Source: a virus
IMG/VR virus record: IMGVR_UViG_3300036832_000855
Span: 58,420-122,419 of that record
Length of the DNA: 64,000 bases
Direction: 5' to 3' (one strand)
Positions 1 to 9,286 of this stretch are shown one piece after another (positions within the stretch are counted from its first letter, which is position 1; each line of letters starts with the position of its first letter). Both the position numbers and the translations under genes were made by a program. The notes beneath the pieces were generated by a model. That model saw only the letters and a program-made list of their open reading frames with translations. It was not told the origin of the DNA and did no database searches.

Positions 1-2279
1 ACCACGTTAGATGTGAGTCCGGTGCCCACGGTGGCCACAGTGCCGTTCTTCTGAACCCAAATCTGGATGCTCTGGCCCGCCGCGGCCTGCTGCACAGAGC
101 CCTCGATGTGGTAGTAGCCAGCCGTCTGGATCTGGATGCGGCCATTAGCGGTGCTGACAAGTCCAGACGTGTCGTAGCTGGCCGCGTCGAGCGGGATCTT
201 CTGCCATGAACTCGCAGTGACCGACAGGGCGGCACTCCGGTACGCGCGCGCCGCTATCGCCCCGGTAGTCAGGCCGCTCTGGAGCTGCGCCTGCTGGCCG
301 ACCTGAACGACGGAGAGGTAGTTACTCCAGGTGCCGACTATGTTCATCGCGACGGCTGTACTCGCGTTCCAGGCGCCGAGTTGGAGATAGTCGCCCGCGT
401 TGCACTGGATCACGTCCGAACCGACCGACTCTTGATTCACGGTTCCGACACCGCTACCCGTCGCCACCTGTGCGCCGTTCTTGAACAGCAGCGCTAGGCA
501 CGACGCGGAGCCGATGATGGCGAAGTTGCACTGGTAATAGCCAGTCACAGGACAGGTGTAGCGGTTGGTCGAGAGTGAGAAGTTCCCAGCGGGGTCGAAG
601 CTAATGGTGTCAACGGGAACTGCCGCAGCGGTAGAGGCGGGAATCGTGTACGCAGCACCACGGTACGCCCGCGCTGCGCTCGTGACCGCCGGGCTGCTCG
701 GCAGCGCCGACACCATCGAGACGGCGAGGAAGTTGCGCCAGGGCGTAGTCGATAGCGCTTGACTTGTGCCGCCCGGAGTCCAGACGTAAAGCTCTAGGTA
801 ATCACCCACGTTCAGTTGCAGGGTGTCGCTCAGCACGGCACCGGTCCCGCCCGAGCCGCTGGCGATGATGTTGCCCTCACTGCCCTCGACGCCATTTCGG
901 TTCACGTAGATCTGCATGGACCCGGAAGTCATGCTTCCGGCCATCACCTCGGCGTCGATCTGGTAGTAGCCCGCGGTCTGGATCTGGATGCGGTTATTCG
1001 CGAGCTGCACAAGGCCGCTCGTGTCGTAGTTGATCGCGTCGAGCGGAATCTTCTGCGCACCACCGGTCAGCGTGAACGCACCGCTACGGTACGCCCGCGC
1101 GGCAACCGCCCCGGTGGTGAGGCCACTCGCGAGCTGTGTCGTCTGACCGACCATCGAGACCGAGAAGTAACAGCCGCTACTGCTCGGGTAGATCGGCTTC
1201 GCCGCTGCGTAGGTCCAGAACTCTAGATAGTCCCCGGCGTTGCAGAACACGATGTCGCTGACCGTTGCCCCGGCCTCGACAGGGTTGGCAGCGACCGTCG
1301 CACCCGACGCCGCCGAGGTGCCGTTCTTGTAGATCGCGGCGACGTAAGAGTCGGTCGTCGTGACATCGTTCACAGTGAACCCGGCGTTACACTGGTAGTA
1401 CCCGGTGGCAGGCACGGTGTAGCGGCTGTTCGCCAAGTTGAAACACGCACCGGGGTCGTAGGCGATCGTGTCTACTGGAAACTTCGTCCATCCGGTTCCC
1501 AGCGTGTATGCGGCGCTGCGCCATGCCCTCGCCTGCGTGACCGGCGAGACCGTCCCCGAGATCGAGGAGACGAGGGACGCGGAGAGGTAGTTGCTGGCGG
1601 CGTTGCCGGTGTACGTGTTGACGGCACCGGGCGAGTTCTGGAGCGCGTACAGCTCCAGGTAGTCGCCAGCGTTGCACTGGACGACGTCAGCTACAGCCGC
1701 GCCGTAGTCCTGACCTGACGAGGTCGCGGCGAATATGCCGCCTGTAGTGACACGAACGCCGTTCTTGTAGATCGCCGCTATGCACTCACCCGTCGCGCCC
1801 CCGGACGGCCCGCCGGACCATGCGCCCTCAACCTGGTAGTAGCCCGCGGTCTGAACCTGAATGCGACCGCTGGCGATGCTGACCATTCCGCTCGTATCAA
1901 AGACGGTCGTGTCGACCGCGATCTTCGTCCATGTCGCACCCGACGGAAGGCTCACCGCCGCGTTGCGGTACGCGCGCGCCGCCACGGCCAGCGCCGGGAT
2001 GCTCACGTCCGAGGAGTTCGCCCCCGAGTTGTCGACCGTCGTGACCCCAGCGCCCTTGAAGTTCAGGTTCGTCCGGGCAGGAAGGCTCGCGCCCTGGTTC
2101 TGAATCGTGTGCCCAGCACCGCCGCCGCCCCCGCTGCCCCCGGTCGCGGACACCCACGTAGACCCGTTCCACCAGTAGAGGATGTTCGCCCCGGTGTCGT
2201 AGTACATCTCGCCATTCGCGGGCGACGCCGGGGCTCCAGCCAGGCGCGGCGGATGCAGGCGGCCAATGGTGTCGGGCAT
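1..2279 (-). CDS. Tail fibre/receptor-binding protein with tandem C1q/TNF-like domains (3' end runs off the window)
   Basis: Manually translated open frame from ATG at 2279 (MPDTIGRLHPPRLAGAPASPANGEMYYDTG...) to the window edge. It has at least 5 repeats of ARAYR...(Y/F)DxxG...GYYQ...KNG...C/LNxGDYLEL, and the N-terminus matches the neighbouring fibre genes. Absent from the ORF track because it is truncated. Confidence 0.85.
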   Translation of the reverse strand, partial: MPDTIGRLHPPRLAGAPASPANGEMYYDTGANILYWWNGSTWVSATGGSGGGGGAGHTIQNQGASLPARTNLNFKGAGVTTVDNSGANSSDVSIPALAVAARAYRNAAVSLPSGATWTKIAVDTTVFDTSGMVSIASGRIQVQTAGYYQVEGAWSGGPSGGATGECIAAIYKNGVRVTTGGIFAATSSGQDYGAAVADVVQCNAGDYLELYALQNSPGAVNTYTGNAASNYLSASLVSSISGTVSPVTQARAWRSAAYTLGTGWTKFPVDTIAYDPGACFNLANSRYTVPATGYYQCNAGFTVNDVTTTDSYVAAIYKNGTSAASGATVAANPVEAGATVSDIVFCNAGDYLEFWTYAAAKPIYPSSSGCYFSVSMVGQTTQLASGLTTGAVAARAYRSGAFTLTGGAQKIPLDAINYDTSGLVQLANNRIQIQTAGYYQIDAEVMAGSMTSGSMQIYVNRNGVEGSEGNIIASGSGGTGAVLSDTLQLNVGDYLELYVWTPGGTSQALSTTPWRNFLAVSMVSALPSSPAVTSAARAYRGAAYTIPASTAAAVPVDTISFDPAGNFSLSTNRYTCPVTGYYQCNFAIIGSASCLALLFKNGAQVATGSGVGTVNQESVGSDVIQCNAGDYLQLGAWNASTAVAMNIVGTWSNYLSVVQVGQQAQLQSGLTTGAIAARAYRSAALSVTASSWQKIPLDAASYDTSGLVSTANGRIQIQTAGYYHIEGSVQQAAAGQSIQIWVQKNGTVATVGTGLTSNV

Positions 2280-2293
2280 CGGTGTCGCTCTCC

Positions 2294-5200
2294 CTAGTTC
2301 ACGATCTTCAAGCTGGCCCTGCCAACGGCAGTCGCGCCCGCTGCGACCACCCCACCCGCCGTATTCCAGTACCCGACCAGAAGCGACGTGATGTTCGTCG
2401 CTCCGTCCCACCAGTTCACGCCGCCGCGCCAGGTCATGCAATAGCTGGGCTGACCTGCCGGAACGAACGACCCCGAATGGTTGCTGCTGCGGCCCATCGC
2501 TTGCGGCGGGTTGATCGCCAGCGCCGAGATGCGCGTCTCCGAGTGCAGGCGCCCGCCGGTGTTCCAGTCGGAATGCCCGGCCGGAAACCCGTACGGCGGA
2601 CAGCTACTCTTGCCCAGCCCATCGTTCGTGAACGTGGTCCCGTCCGTCGTGAACGTTCGGTTCTCAGCCCACTGGTTGAACCCGCTGTACTGACCATTCG
2701 GCTGGATGAAGCAATACCAGTTGGCGGCTGCGCCGGTGACGATTATGTCGAGGACGACCTCGTACAGCACGTCCCGATTGCCATCCAGGCCGGTGAACGT
2801 GCACAGGACCGGAGTCCCCGTCACGTTGATCATCTGCACCGTCGGCGCTTGCGCGACCCCGGCCGACACCTTCCACGTCTGGTCGACCCATACGCCGCTG
2901 GTTCGTTTGAACACTTCGCTGTCGGACGTTCTCACGGCCATGTCGTTGTCGATCTCGCCGACAAACGAACCGACAGCGGGGGTGCCCGCCCCGTTGTACG
3001 AATACCAGTTCGACCCGCGTGTGCCGACCGCGTAGGTCGTCACCGCGTCGGTGTCGAACTCGACGTTCGAGAGGCTGAGATAAGCATTGCTTGCATTCGC
3101 GGCCTGCACTTGGCCATCGGTGCCGACGTTGATTCGGACGTGCGCGTTGGAGTTCGTGTCGCAGGCGATGATCAGCGGAGCGGGCGGGCGATAGCCAGGC
3201 GGCAGCGTGAAGATCGTCGCCGCAGCCGTCCCACCTGCGACGAGACCCCTGACCTGAACCCTGCCATCGGGATACTTGCGGAACGACAACTGCTCGAACG
3301 AAGTCCTCACCGAGTAGTTGACCCAGGCGTTCTGGAACGCAGGCTCGCCGGAGCCTCCCACCCAGTGCCACGTGTCCATCGTCGCCATGCCGGTCGACTG
3401 CTTCCAGTTCTGATCGGTCCACACCCCGTTGATGCGCCGGAAGACCTCGCCGTCCGATGCCCGCACGGCCATGTCGCCGTCCAGCTCGTTCAGGAACGTA
3501 CCCGCCGCGGGCGTCCCGGCGCCGGTGTACGTGAACCAGTTCGAGCCGCGCTGCCCTTGCGGGCCGGGCCCTGCCGTGATCAGCACTACCGACATGAACG
3601 TCATCTGCGCGTTGATCTGAACCGCTGTGCCCTGCTGGTTGAAGACCCACAGTTCCAGGTAGTCACCGGCGATGCACTGGATCGTGTCGGCGTACGTGAG
3701 GCTGTCGCCTTGCTGCACAGCGGTAATCGGCCCGCCGTAGCCGTACAGCGCGCCGTTCTTGTACATCCCGACCGCGTAGTTCGTATACGTCCCCGTGCCG
3801 CTCATGGTGGACATGACGCTTGCGCTCACCTGGTACACGCCAGGAGTCGCAATGTTGAATCGGCCTTGCGACGTGTTGACCAAGCTTGCCGTGTCGTAGG
3901 AGACCGCTGCCATCGGTACCTTCGTCCAGGCGTTGGCAGCGGGCGTAAGTGCAGCGGTGGGATACCCCCGCGCTGCCACGACCGGCGCGGTCGACCGATT
4001 CGTGTAGTTCTGGTCGACCCAGACCCCGTTGACCCGCTGGAACTCCTCGCCGTCCGACTTGCGGATGGCCCAGTCGCCGTCCAGCTCCCCAACGAACGTG
4101 CCCGCTGCCGGGGTGCCGACCCCGTTGTACATGAACCACGTTGCGCCTCGCAGGCCCGTCGCGCCCTGCAGCGCGCCGCCCGAGTTGACCTGCACGCCGG
4201 TTACTTTGACGATCAGGGCCACGGCGCACCAGGGCGGCATGTTCTCGTGAGTGCTGCCGCTTCCGTCGTTGTTGATCCCGAGCGCGGGCACCGAATGGGC
4301 GTGGTTCGAGTTGTTGTACGAGTTCGACTGCCAGTCCGTGTTACTCGTGGTGTTATGCGTGTGATTCGCGCTGATCCCGCTCGTGTTTGACCCACCGCCA
4401 ATCGTCGCGCAGCCCTGGCCCCCGGACTGGGTCACTGGCGAGTTGTTCGCCGACAACGACAGGCTGTGCGAGTGGTCGTTCGACACGTAGCCCGTGTTGA
4501 AGTTGACGTTGTGGTAGTGGTTCGTATCGGCGTAACCGCTGGTACCGCCACCAGTCGCACCGCCGTGGTTATGGACGGCCAGCTCGGCCGTGATCAGCGC
4601 GTGGCGCTCCTCGCCGCCGTAGCCAGAGAGCGCGCGGCTAGTCAAGGCCGATCCGCCAGAGATCTTGCCGGTGCCGGACGCTCCGCCGCCGACGCCAACT
4701 CCGGACCCAACGAGCATCCGTCCTCGCAGGTCCGGGATGTTGAACGACGCGCCGTCCGGCAGACCCCACGGCGAGCCGGTGCTGCCAAGCGCGGTGAACA
4801 GGTCGGGGTAGGCGGCACGGTTCAGTGCCCGCCCGTCGGCCAGCATCCAGTTGGTCGGGATCGCCGCGCCCGTCCAGGCCTTGACCGTGCCGACCGGATC
4901 GGTGTCGTAGATGTTGCCGGTCGTCTTGTAGTTCTGGTCAATCCAAGACCCAGCGACGCGCTGGAACACCTCGTTGTCGGCGGCACGCACGCACAGGTCG
5001 CCGTTCAACTCGCCCGTGAACGTCCCGGGCGGTGGCGTGCCAAGGCTGGTGTACGTGTACCACAGCGAGCCGCGCGTTCCGGTCGGGCCCTGAGCCCCGG
5101 CGCCGGACAGCACCACAACGGTGTACTGGCCCGATGCCGGGACGCTCGTGGTGCGCACCGTCACCGTGCTGTTGTCGGTGTGCTCAACGTCGGCCTCGAC

Positions 5201-5467
5201 GTCGTCGTACGGCGGGGCCGAGCGGTAGACGCGAACGATCACGTTCCGCGCGCCGAGGTTGTGGGTGACGACGAACGTCTGGCTTGCGCCGTCGCCGATC
5301 AACTGCGAGTACGCCGTGCCGCTACCGGCCTGCGCCGACACCCAGATGGTGCCGTTCCACCAGAACAGGATGTTGGAGCCCGTGTCGTAGTACATCTGCC
5401 CGAGCGCAGGCGAGGCGGGGGCGGCGGACGCGCGGGGAGGTCTGAGGGTTCCGGTGATGTCAGGCAT
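2294..5467 (-). CDS. Tail fibre protein (tail-collar domain, short collagen linkers, C1q-like domain)
   Basis: Collar motif PVGTVKAWTG...NWMLADGRALNRAAYPDLF...FNIPDLRGR, HxH repeats, a C1q-like segment (YKNG...CIAGDYLELW) and four RGxxW(Y/F)xYxxxGTP...GExxxD modules. Confidence 0.85.
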   Translation of the reverse strand: MPDITGTLRPPRASAAPASPALGQMYYDTGSNILFWWNGTIWVSAQAGSGTAYSQLIGDGASQTFVVTHNLGARNVIVRVYRSAPPYDDVEADVEHTDNSTVTVRTTSVPASGQYTVVVLSGAGAQGPTGTRGSLWYTYTSLGTPPPGTFTGELNGDLCVRAADNEVFQRVAGSWIDQNYKTTGNIYDTDPVGTVKAWTGAAIPTNWMLADGRALNRAAYPDLFTALGSTGSPWGLPDGASFNIPDLRGRMLVGSGVGVGGGASGTGKISGGSALTSRALSGYGGEERHALITAELAVHNHGGATGGGTSGYADTNHYHNVNFNTGYVSNDHSHSLSLSANNSPVTQSGGQGCATIGGGSNTSGISANHTHNTTSNTDWQSNSYNNSNHAHSVPALGINNDGSGSTHENMPPWCAVALIVKVTGVQVNSGGALQGATGLRGATWFMYNGVGTPAAGTFVGELDGDWAIRKSDGEEFQRVNGVWVDQNYTNRSTAPVVAARGYPTAALTPAANAWTKVPMAAVSYDTASLVNTSQGRFNIATPGVYQVSASVMSTMSGTGTYTNYAVGMYKNGALYGYGGPITAVQQGDSLTYADTIQCIAGDYLELWVFNQQGTAVQINAQMTFMSVVLITAGPGPQGQRGSNWFTYTGAGTPAAGTFLNELDGDMAVRASDGEVFRRINGVWTDQNWKQSTGMATMDTWHWVGGSGEPAFQNAWVNYSVRTSFEQLSFRKYPDGRVQVRGLVAGGTAAATIFTLPPGYRPPAPLIIACDTNSNAHVRINVGTDGQVQAANASNAYLSLSNVEFDTDAVTTYAVGTRGSNWYSYNGAGTPAVGSFVGEIDNDMAVRTSDSEVFKRTSGVWVDQTWKVSAGVAQAPTVQMINVTGTPVLCTFTGLDGNRDVLYEVVLDIIVTGAAANWYCFIQPNGQYSGFNQWAENRTFTTDGTTFTNDGLGKSSCPPYGFPAGHSDWNTGGRLHSETRISALAINPPQAMGRSSNHSGSFVPAGQPSYCMTWRGGVNWWDGATNITSLLVGYWNTAGGVVAAGATAVGRASLKIVN

Positions 5468-5470
5468 GGC

Positions 5471-6808
5471 TCACCCCACCAGGGTCACGAGTTTCGAGTT
5501 CGCAGCAACAGCCGTGCCGTACGTGATCGTCACGTCCCCGTTGGCGGCAACGCTGATGTCGGGGATCTCGACGTTGCCGCTGGTGTTGTCCTGCACCTGC
5601 ACGAGGATGCCCCGGCCCGAGCGCAGACCGTGCGTGGCCTGGGTGATCGTGATCGTGGCGCCCGCGCCGTGCGTGGCGTTGTTGTTGTAGTAGCCGCCCG
5701 CGAGCAGCCCGGTCTCGCGCGCCGCCTTGGCCGTCGTCTGACTGGTGCCGCCGTTAGCAAGCGGCAGTGTGCCTGTGACCACCGCGCTCGACAGGACCAC
5801 CGAGCCGTTGGCGTGCATCGCCGCCGTGACCCCGCCCGCCTTGATCTCCAGGCTGGAGCCTGCGCCCGCCGTGTCGATGCTGGCGTTGTCCACCAGCGCG
5901 CTGATCGTGTTCCCCGCCTTCGTCAGACCCGCCCCGGCGGTGATCTGGTAGGCGCCGGTGAACTGCACCCAGGTCACGGCCGTGGTGTTGAGCGTGCCGC
6001 CGGGGTCGGCGGTGCAGACCCAGCCGCTGTCGGACTGGCCGCCCTGCTCGACCCAGCAGTAGGCCGAGATCATCTCGGTCCAGGAGTCGTTATCGGCCGC
6101 GCGCACCCAAGCGCCCGTGGCGGCCACGTAGATCCCGTTCTGGCTCGTCGTCGTCTGGTTCTTGACGAGCACGCGGTCGTTCGCGAGCGTGGTGTACCCG
6201 TCGATGGCTTGCAGCCCAGACAGCGTGATGTTGGCGGTTGTGGCGCACACGACGGCCTGCTTGGCGGTCAGCCCCGCGGCGACGCTGTCGACGTAGTTCT
6301 TGGTGGCGGCGTCCTGCGCGACGCTCGGGTCGGCCAGCGTGGTGATCCGCTGCGAGCCGAACGACACCGGCGCGGTCGGAGCTACGAGCTGGTCGATGCG
6401 GCCGTTGCCTGGGAACGCCTGCTGCGCACCCAGCCCGAGCGTCCGCATCGAGTAGGTGCCGACGATCCCGTCCTTGTTCGCGCCCGCCACGTCAACATCG
6501 GTGATCGTGCCGTCGAGGATCTTGGCCGAGGTGACCGCACCGTTCGCGATCGTTGGCGTGGTGGCGCTGCCCGTCAGATCCCCGGCGAGCTGGATAACGC
6601 CCTTGCTCCCGGTCGTCGCGTCCGGTGGGGAATACCCGCCCAGCGCGCTGATCCACGCGGACCCGTTCCACCACCACAGCGTGTTGTTCGCCGTGTTGTA
6701 GTAGAGCTGACCAGTGACCGGCGATGCGGGCGCCGTACCAAGCTGGTGGGCACGGAGCTGCTTACCCTCGTACTGACTGAAGTCAAGTGGTGCGCCGAGA
6801 ACGGGCAT
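5471..6808 (-). CDS. Tail fibre/minor tail protein
   Basis: APASPVTGQLYYNT..WWWNGSAW N-terminus, DATTGSKGVIQLAG, QDAATKNYVD and RVLVKNQT..QNGIYV motifs typical of phage fibre proteins; synteny. Confidence 0.8.
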   Translation of the reverse strand: MPVLGAPLDFSQYEGKQLRAHQLGTAPASPVTGQLYYNTANNTLWWWNGSAWISALGGYSPPDATTGSKGVIQLAGDLTGSATTPTIANGAVTSAKILDGTITDVDVAGANKDGIVGTYSMRTLGLGAQQAFPGNGRIDQLVAPTAPVSFGSQRITTLADPSVAQDAATKNYVDSVAAGLTAKQAVVCATTANITLSGLQAIDGYTTLANDRVLVKNQTTTSQNGIYVAATGAWVRAADNDSWTEMISAYCWVEQGGQSDSGWVCTADPGGTLNTTAVTWVQFTGAYQITAGAGLTKAGNTISALVDNASIDTAGAGSSLEIKAGGVTAAMHANGSVVLSSAVVTGTLPLANGGTSQTTAKAARETGLLAGGYYNNNATHGAGATITITQATHGLRSGRGILVQVQDNTSGNVEIPDISVAANGDVTITYGTAVAANSKLVTLVG

Positions 6809-7359
6809 CAGTTCATATATGCCTTCCCAGAGGTCGCAGAGCCGAAGGTGACCGAGAGCGAGTTGACGTCGAAGTAACGCACGTCTGGGATCACGACGGA
6901 GTTACCGGAATCGACGACCATCACGGACGGATACTTGCCGAGGTTGTGTACGACGTTCCAGGTGACCGCCGCCGTCACCTGGGTGTAAACGTAGGTGGCG
7001 TCCTCGATCGACACCGTGTCGGTCCCTGGTGGTCCCTGCGGTCCGGGAGGGCCCGGCGCCCCGCCACCGATCGGTGGCACCTTCCGGTCCGAAACGACAT
7101 CAACCGCCACCCAAGCATCGCCCACGGCGTGCAGCAGCAGGAGATCGTCGTTGTACAGGCCGACCGACTGGCGGTAGGCGCTGAGCGTCTGCGACACCGT
7201 GAAGTCGTCGCCCTCGAACAAGTTGTGGTCGTAGTCATGAACATCGAGGGTCAGCGGGCTCGTGTCGATGACCGTCGCCCAGTGCGAGCCCTTGTGCTTC
7301 TCGACCAGCCGCTGCCCGTGCTTGGCCAGCGCGTCACGCAGCTCGATCTTCCCGCTCAT
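6808..7359 (-). CDS. Putative baseplate spike/adapter protein with collagen linker and HNLG module
   Basis: Likely start MSGKIEL at 7359 (ATGA overlap). N-terminal ATVIDTSPLTL resembles spike OB-fold starts; GPPGPQGPPG linker; C-terminal VVHNLGKYPSV module. Confidence 0.6.
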   Translation of the reverse strand: MSGKIELRDALAKHGQRLVEKHKGSHWATVIDTSPLTLDVHDYDHNLFEGDDFTVSQTLSAYRQSVGLYNDDLLLLHAVGDAWVAVDVVSDRKVPPIGGGAPGPPGPQGPPGTDTVSIEDATYVYTQVTAAVTWNVVHNLGKYPSVMVVDSGNSVVIPDVRYFDVNSLSVTFGSATSGKAYMN

Positions 7360-7703
7360 GTCACCGTCCCGACAGTCGCAGTAATCGGCTCGACCGCCAG
7401 CAGGCAAATCGCCAGGTAGGCGCGCCGGGTGATGCCGAGATCGGTGCCGAGCCCGTCCTGCGACCCGATCACGTACACCGCCACGCTGTCGTTGCCGTAG
7501 CCCACCTCAACCACGTCCCCGACCGAGTTCGCGAGGCCCATCGCCGGGTCGACGACACCGAAGCTGCCGCGCTCATCCGACACCTGCGACCCGTACCAGC
7601 TCACGGTGAAGAAGCCGAGCGGCACAACGATGCCCGTGAACTCGGCCTGGGCGTCGAGGAACGCCTGGCGTCCGGCGAGCACGAGCGGTTCAGGGCCGAG
7701 CAT
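7356..7703 (-). CDS. Baseplate-region protein with a degenerate RlpA-like double-psi beta-barrel
   Basis: Start MLGPEPL at 7703 overlapping the upstream stop; VSWYG...VGDVVEVGYGNDSVAVYVIG...DLGITRRAY resembles the DPBB pattern. Confidence 0.5.
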   Translation of the reverse strand: MLGPEPLVLAGRQAFLDAQAEFTGIVVPLGFFTVSWYGSQVSDERGSFGVVDPAMGLANSVGDVVEVGYGNDSVAVYVIGSQDGLGTDLGITRRAYLAICLLAVEPITATVGTVT

Positions 7704-9286
7704 CAGTGCTTCGCCTTCGCGTTCTTGGCCGGGGTCGACGGCTTGTGGTTGGCCTTCCAGTCGCGCAGCGCCTTGTCGATCTGGGCGCGCACCTCGTTCG
7801 GGTCGAGGACGTTGATGAACCCGGTGGTCAAGTCCATCGTGTAGCTCCCGGCGGCAACCGAGTGCGCGGCCGTGGTCACGAACGCGATGCCCTGGTTCGC
7901 GACCGGCATAAACGCGGGCGTGTTCGCGTCCGGCGCCGGGGTGCTCGACCCTGCCGTGCCCGCCGCGGCCTGCGCCGCGAGCGCCGGGTTCGCCTTGCTG
8001 AACATCGTCGGGTCGGCCTGCTCGGCCGCCCGCAGCGCGGCGATGTACGCCTTGCTCTGGCCCTTCGTCCCGGGCGTCGCGAGCGACGTCAACGACACGT
8101 TGGTGTAGCCCTCCTCGGGGATGTCGATGTGGATCGCGTCGCCGCGGCGGATCGTGGCGATTCCCGGATGGTTCAGCTCGGCGGTGCGGATCGGCGTCAG
8201 GCGCTGCGCGAGCGCGCGCTTGGCCAGGATCTGCAGCTCCAGGTGGGAGGACACGTTCCCGAAGTTGACCGTCTTGCGGATGAACCCGAACCGCTTGATC
8301 GCGGCGTTGTTCGTCGTCGTCACGGTGACCTTGCGCGTCTTGCCGCCGTGGCCCTTCATCGTGCCGCGCGCCTCGATTACGGTCGCGAAGCCGGGGTCCT
8401 GACTGCGGGTGAGCGTGGCGTCGAGAAGCTGCTCGCGGAACTTGTAGAGCACGCGGTTGCGGCGCATCGGGATCACCTCCAGCGCCCCGAGCGGGAACTT
8501 GGCGTCTGGCGCGCCCCAGCGAACGATGAACGTGCGCCCGGTGCGCTTGGTCTCCTCGCCGTAGGCGGCGGTGATCACGTGCACCGGCGAGGTCAGCGAC
8601 GTGTCCGAGGTCCCCATCGAGAAGTACGCGGTGCCCTGCGAGAGCGTGCGCACCGGGATCCGGTAGCGCTGGCACACGTCGTGGGCGATCTGGTCGCACC
8701 GCCAGCCCTGCTTGCGCGACGTTTTGCCCGCCGTGTACTTGAAGTCGGCGACCGTCTGCGCGAGCGTCCAGAGGTCGTCGGTGAGGTTCAGGTTCCAGGA
8801 GCCGTCCGACAGCGTCACCGTGTCGGCCGTGCCCGTGTCGTAGCCGGGCCCGACGCGCATCGCCCAGACGTTCGAGAACTGGTTGCCGTAGCCGACCTGG
8901 CAGATGATCACGACCCCGAGCGCGCCGAAGCCTGACTTCTCCTCCCCGCCGAACTTGACGACGCGGGCCGTGAGCGACTCGCCCGGGTAGAGCAACGGCG
9001 CCAGCTTCGAGTATTGGCGCAGCGGCGGCTTGTGCAGCGTGATCGAGCCAGTCATCGCCGCCTGCGTGTTGATGTTCGCGAGGTTGTCGGAGGACTGGTC
9101 CTGCCAGGTGAGGTTGTCGACCAGGCTGGAGATGTCGATGGTCTGGCCCTGACCGCGCGCGAGCAGGCGAACGCGCGTCTTCCAGATGTCCGGCGTGGAG
9201 ATGGTCTGCTCAAGCTGGCCGACGACGAGCTTCTCGAAGTGGATCTCCGCGTGGCGCTCCGCCGGGCTGATCGCTGGCGTGGTCAC
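7703..9286 (-). CDS. Baseplate hub protein (XkdQ/late-control-D-like)
   Basis: GTG start at 9286 (GTGA overlap), directly after the LysM gene; AIKRFGFIRKT...IRRGDAIHI...AAHSVAAGSYTMDLT pattern of hub proteins. Confidence 0.7.
   Translation of the reverse strand: MTTPAISPAERHAEIHFEKLVVGQLEQTISTPDIWKTRVRLLARGQGQTIDISSLVDNLTWQDQSSDNLANINTQAAMTGSITLHKPPLRQYSKLAPLLYPGESLTARVVKFGGEEKSGFGALGVVIICQVGYGNQFSNVWAMRVGPGYDTGTADTVTLSDGSWNLNLTDDLWTLAQTVADFKYTAGKTSRKQGWRCDQIAHDVCQRYRIPVRTLSQGTAYFSMGTSDTSLTSPVHVITAAYGEETKRTGRTFIVRWGAPDAKFPLGALEVIPMRRNRVLYKFREQLLDATLTRSQDPGFATVIEARGTMKGHGGKTRKVTVTTTNNAAIKRFGFIRKTVNFGNVSSHLELQILAKRALAQRLTPIRTAELNHPGIATIRRGDAIHIDIPEEGYTNVSLTSLATPGTKGQSKAYIAALRAAEQADPTMFSKANPALAAQAAAGTAGSSTPAPDANTPAFMPVANQGIAFVTTAAHSVAAGSYTMDLTTGFINVLDPNEVRAQIDKALRDWKANHKPSTPAKNAKAKH

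Noticed and set aside
1-6808. Diversity-generating retroelement acting on the fibre genes
   Set aside because: No reverse transcriptase and no near-identical TR/VR pair differing at adenines was seen; the repeats are diverged protein modules.
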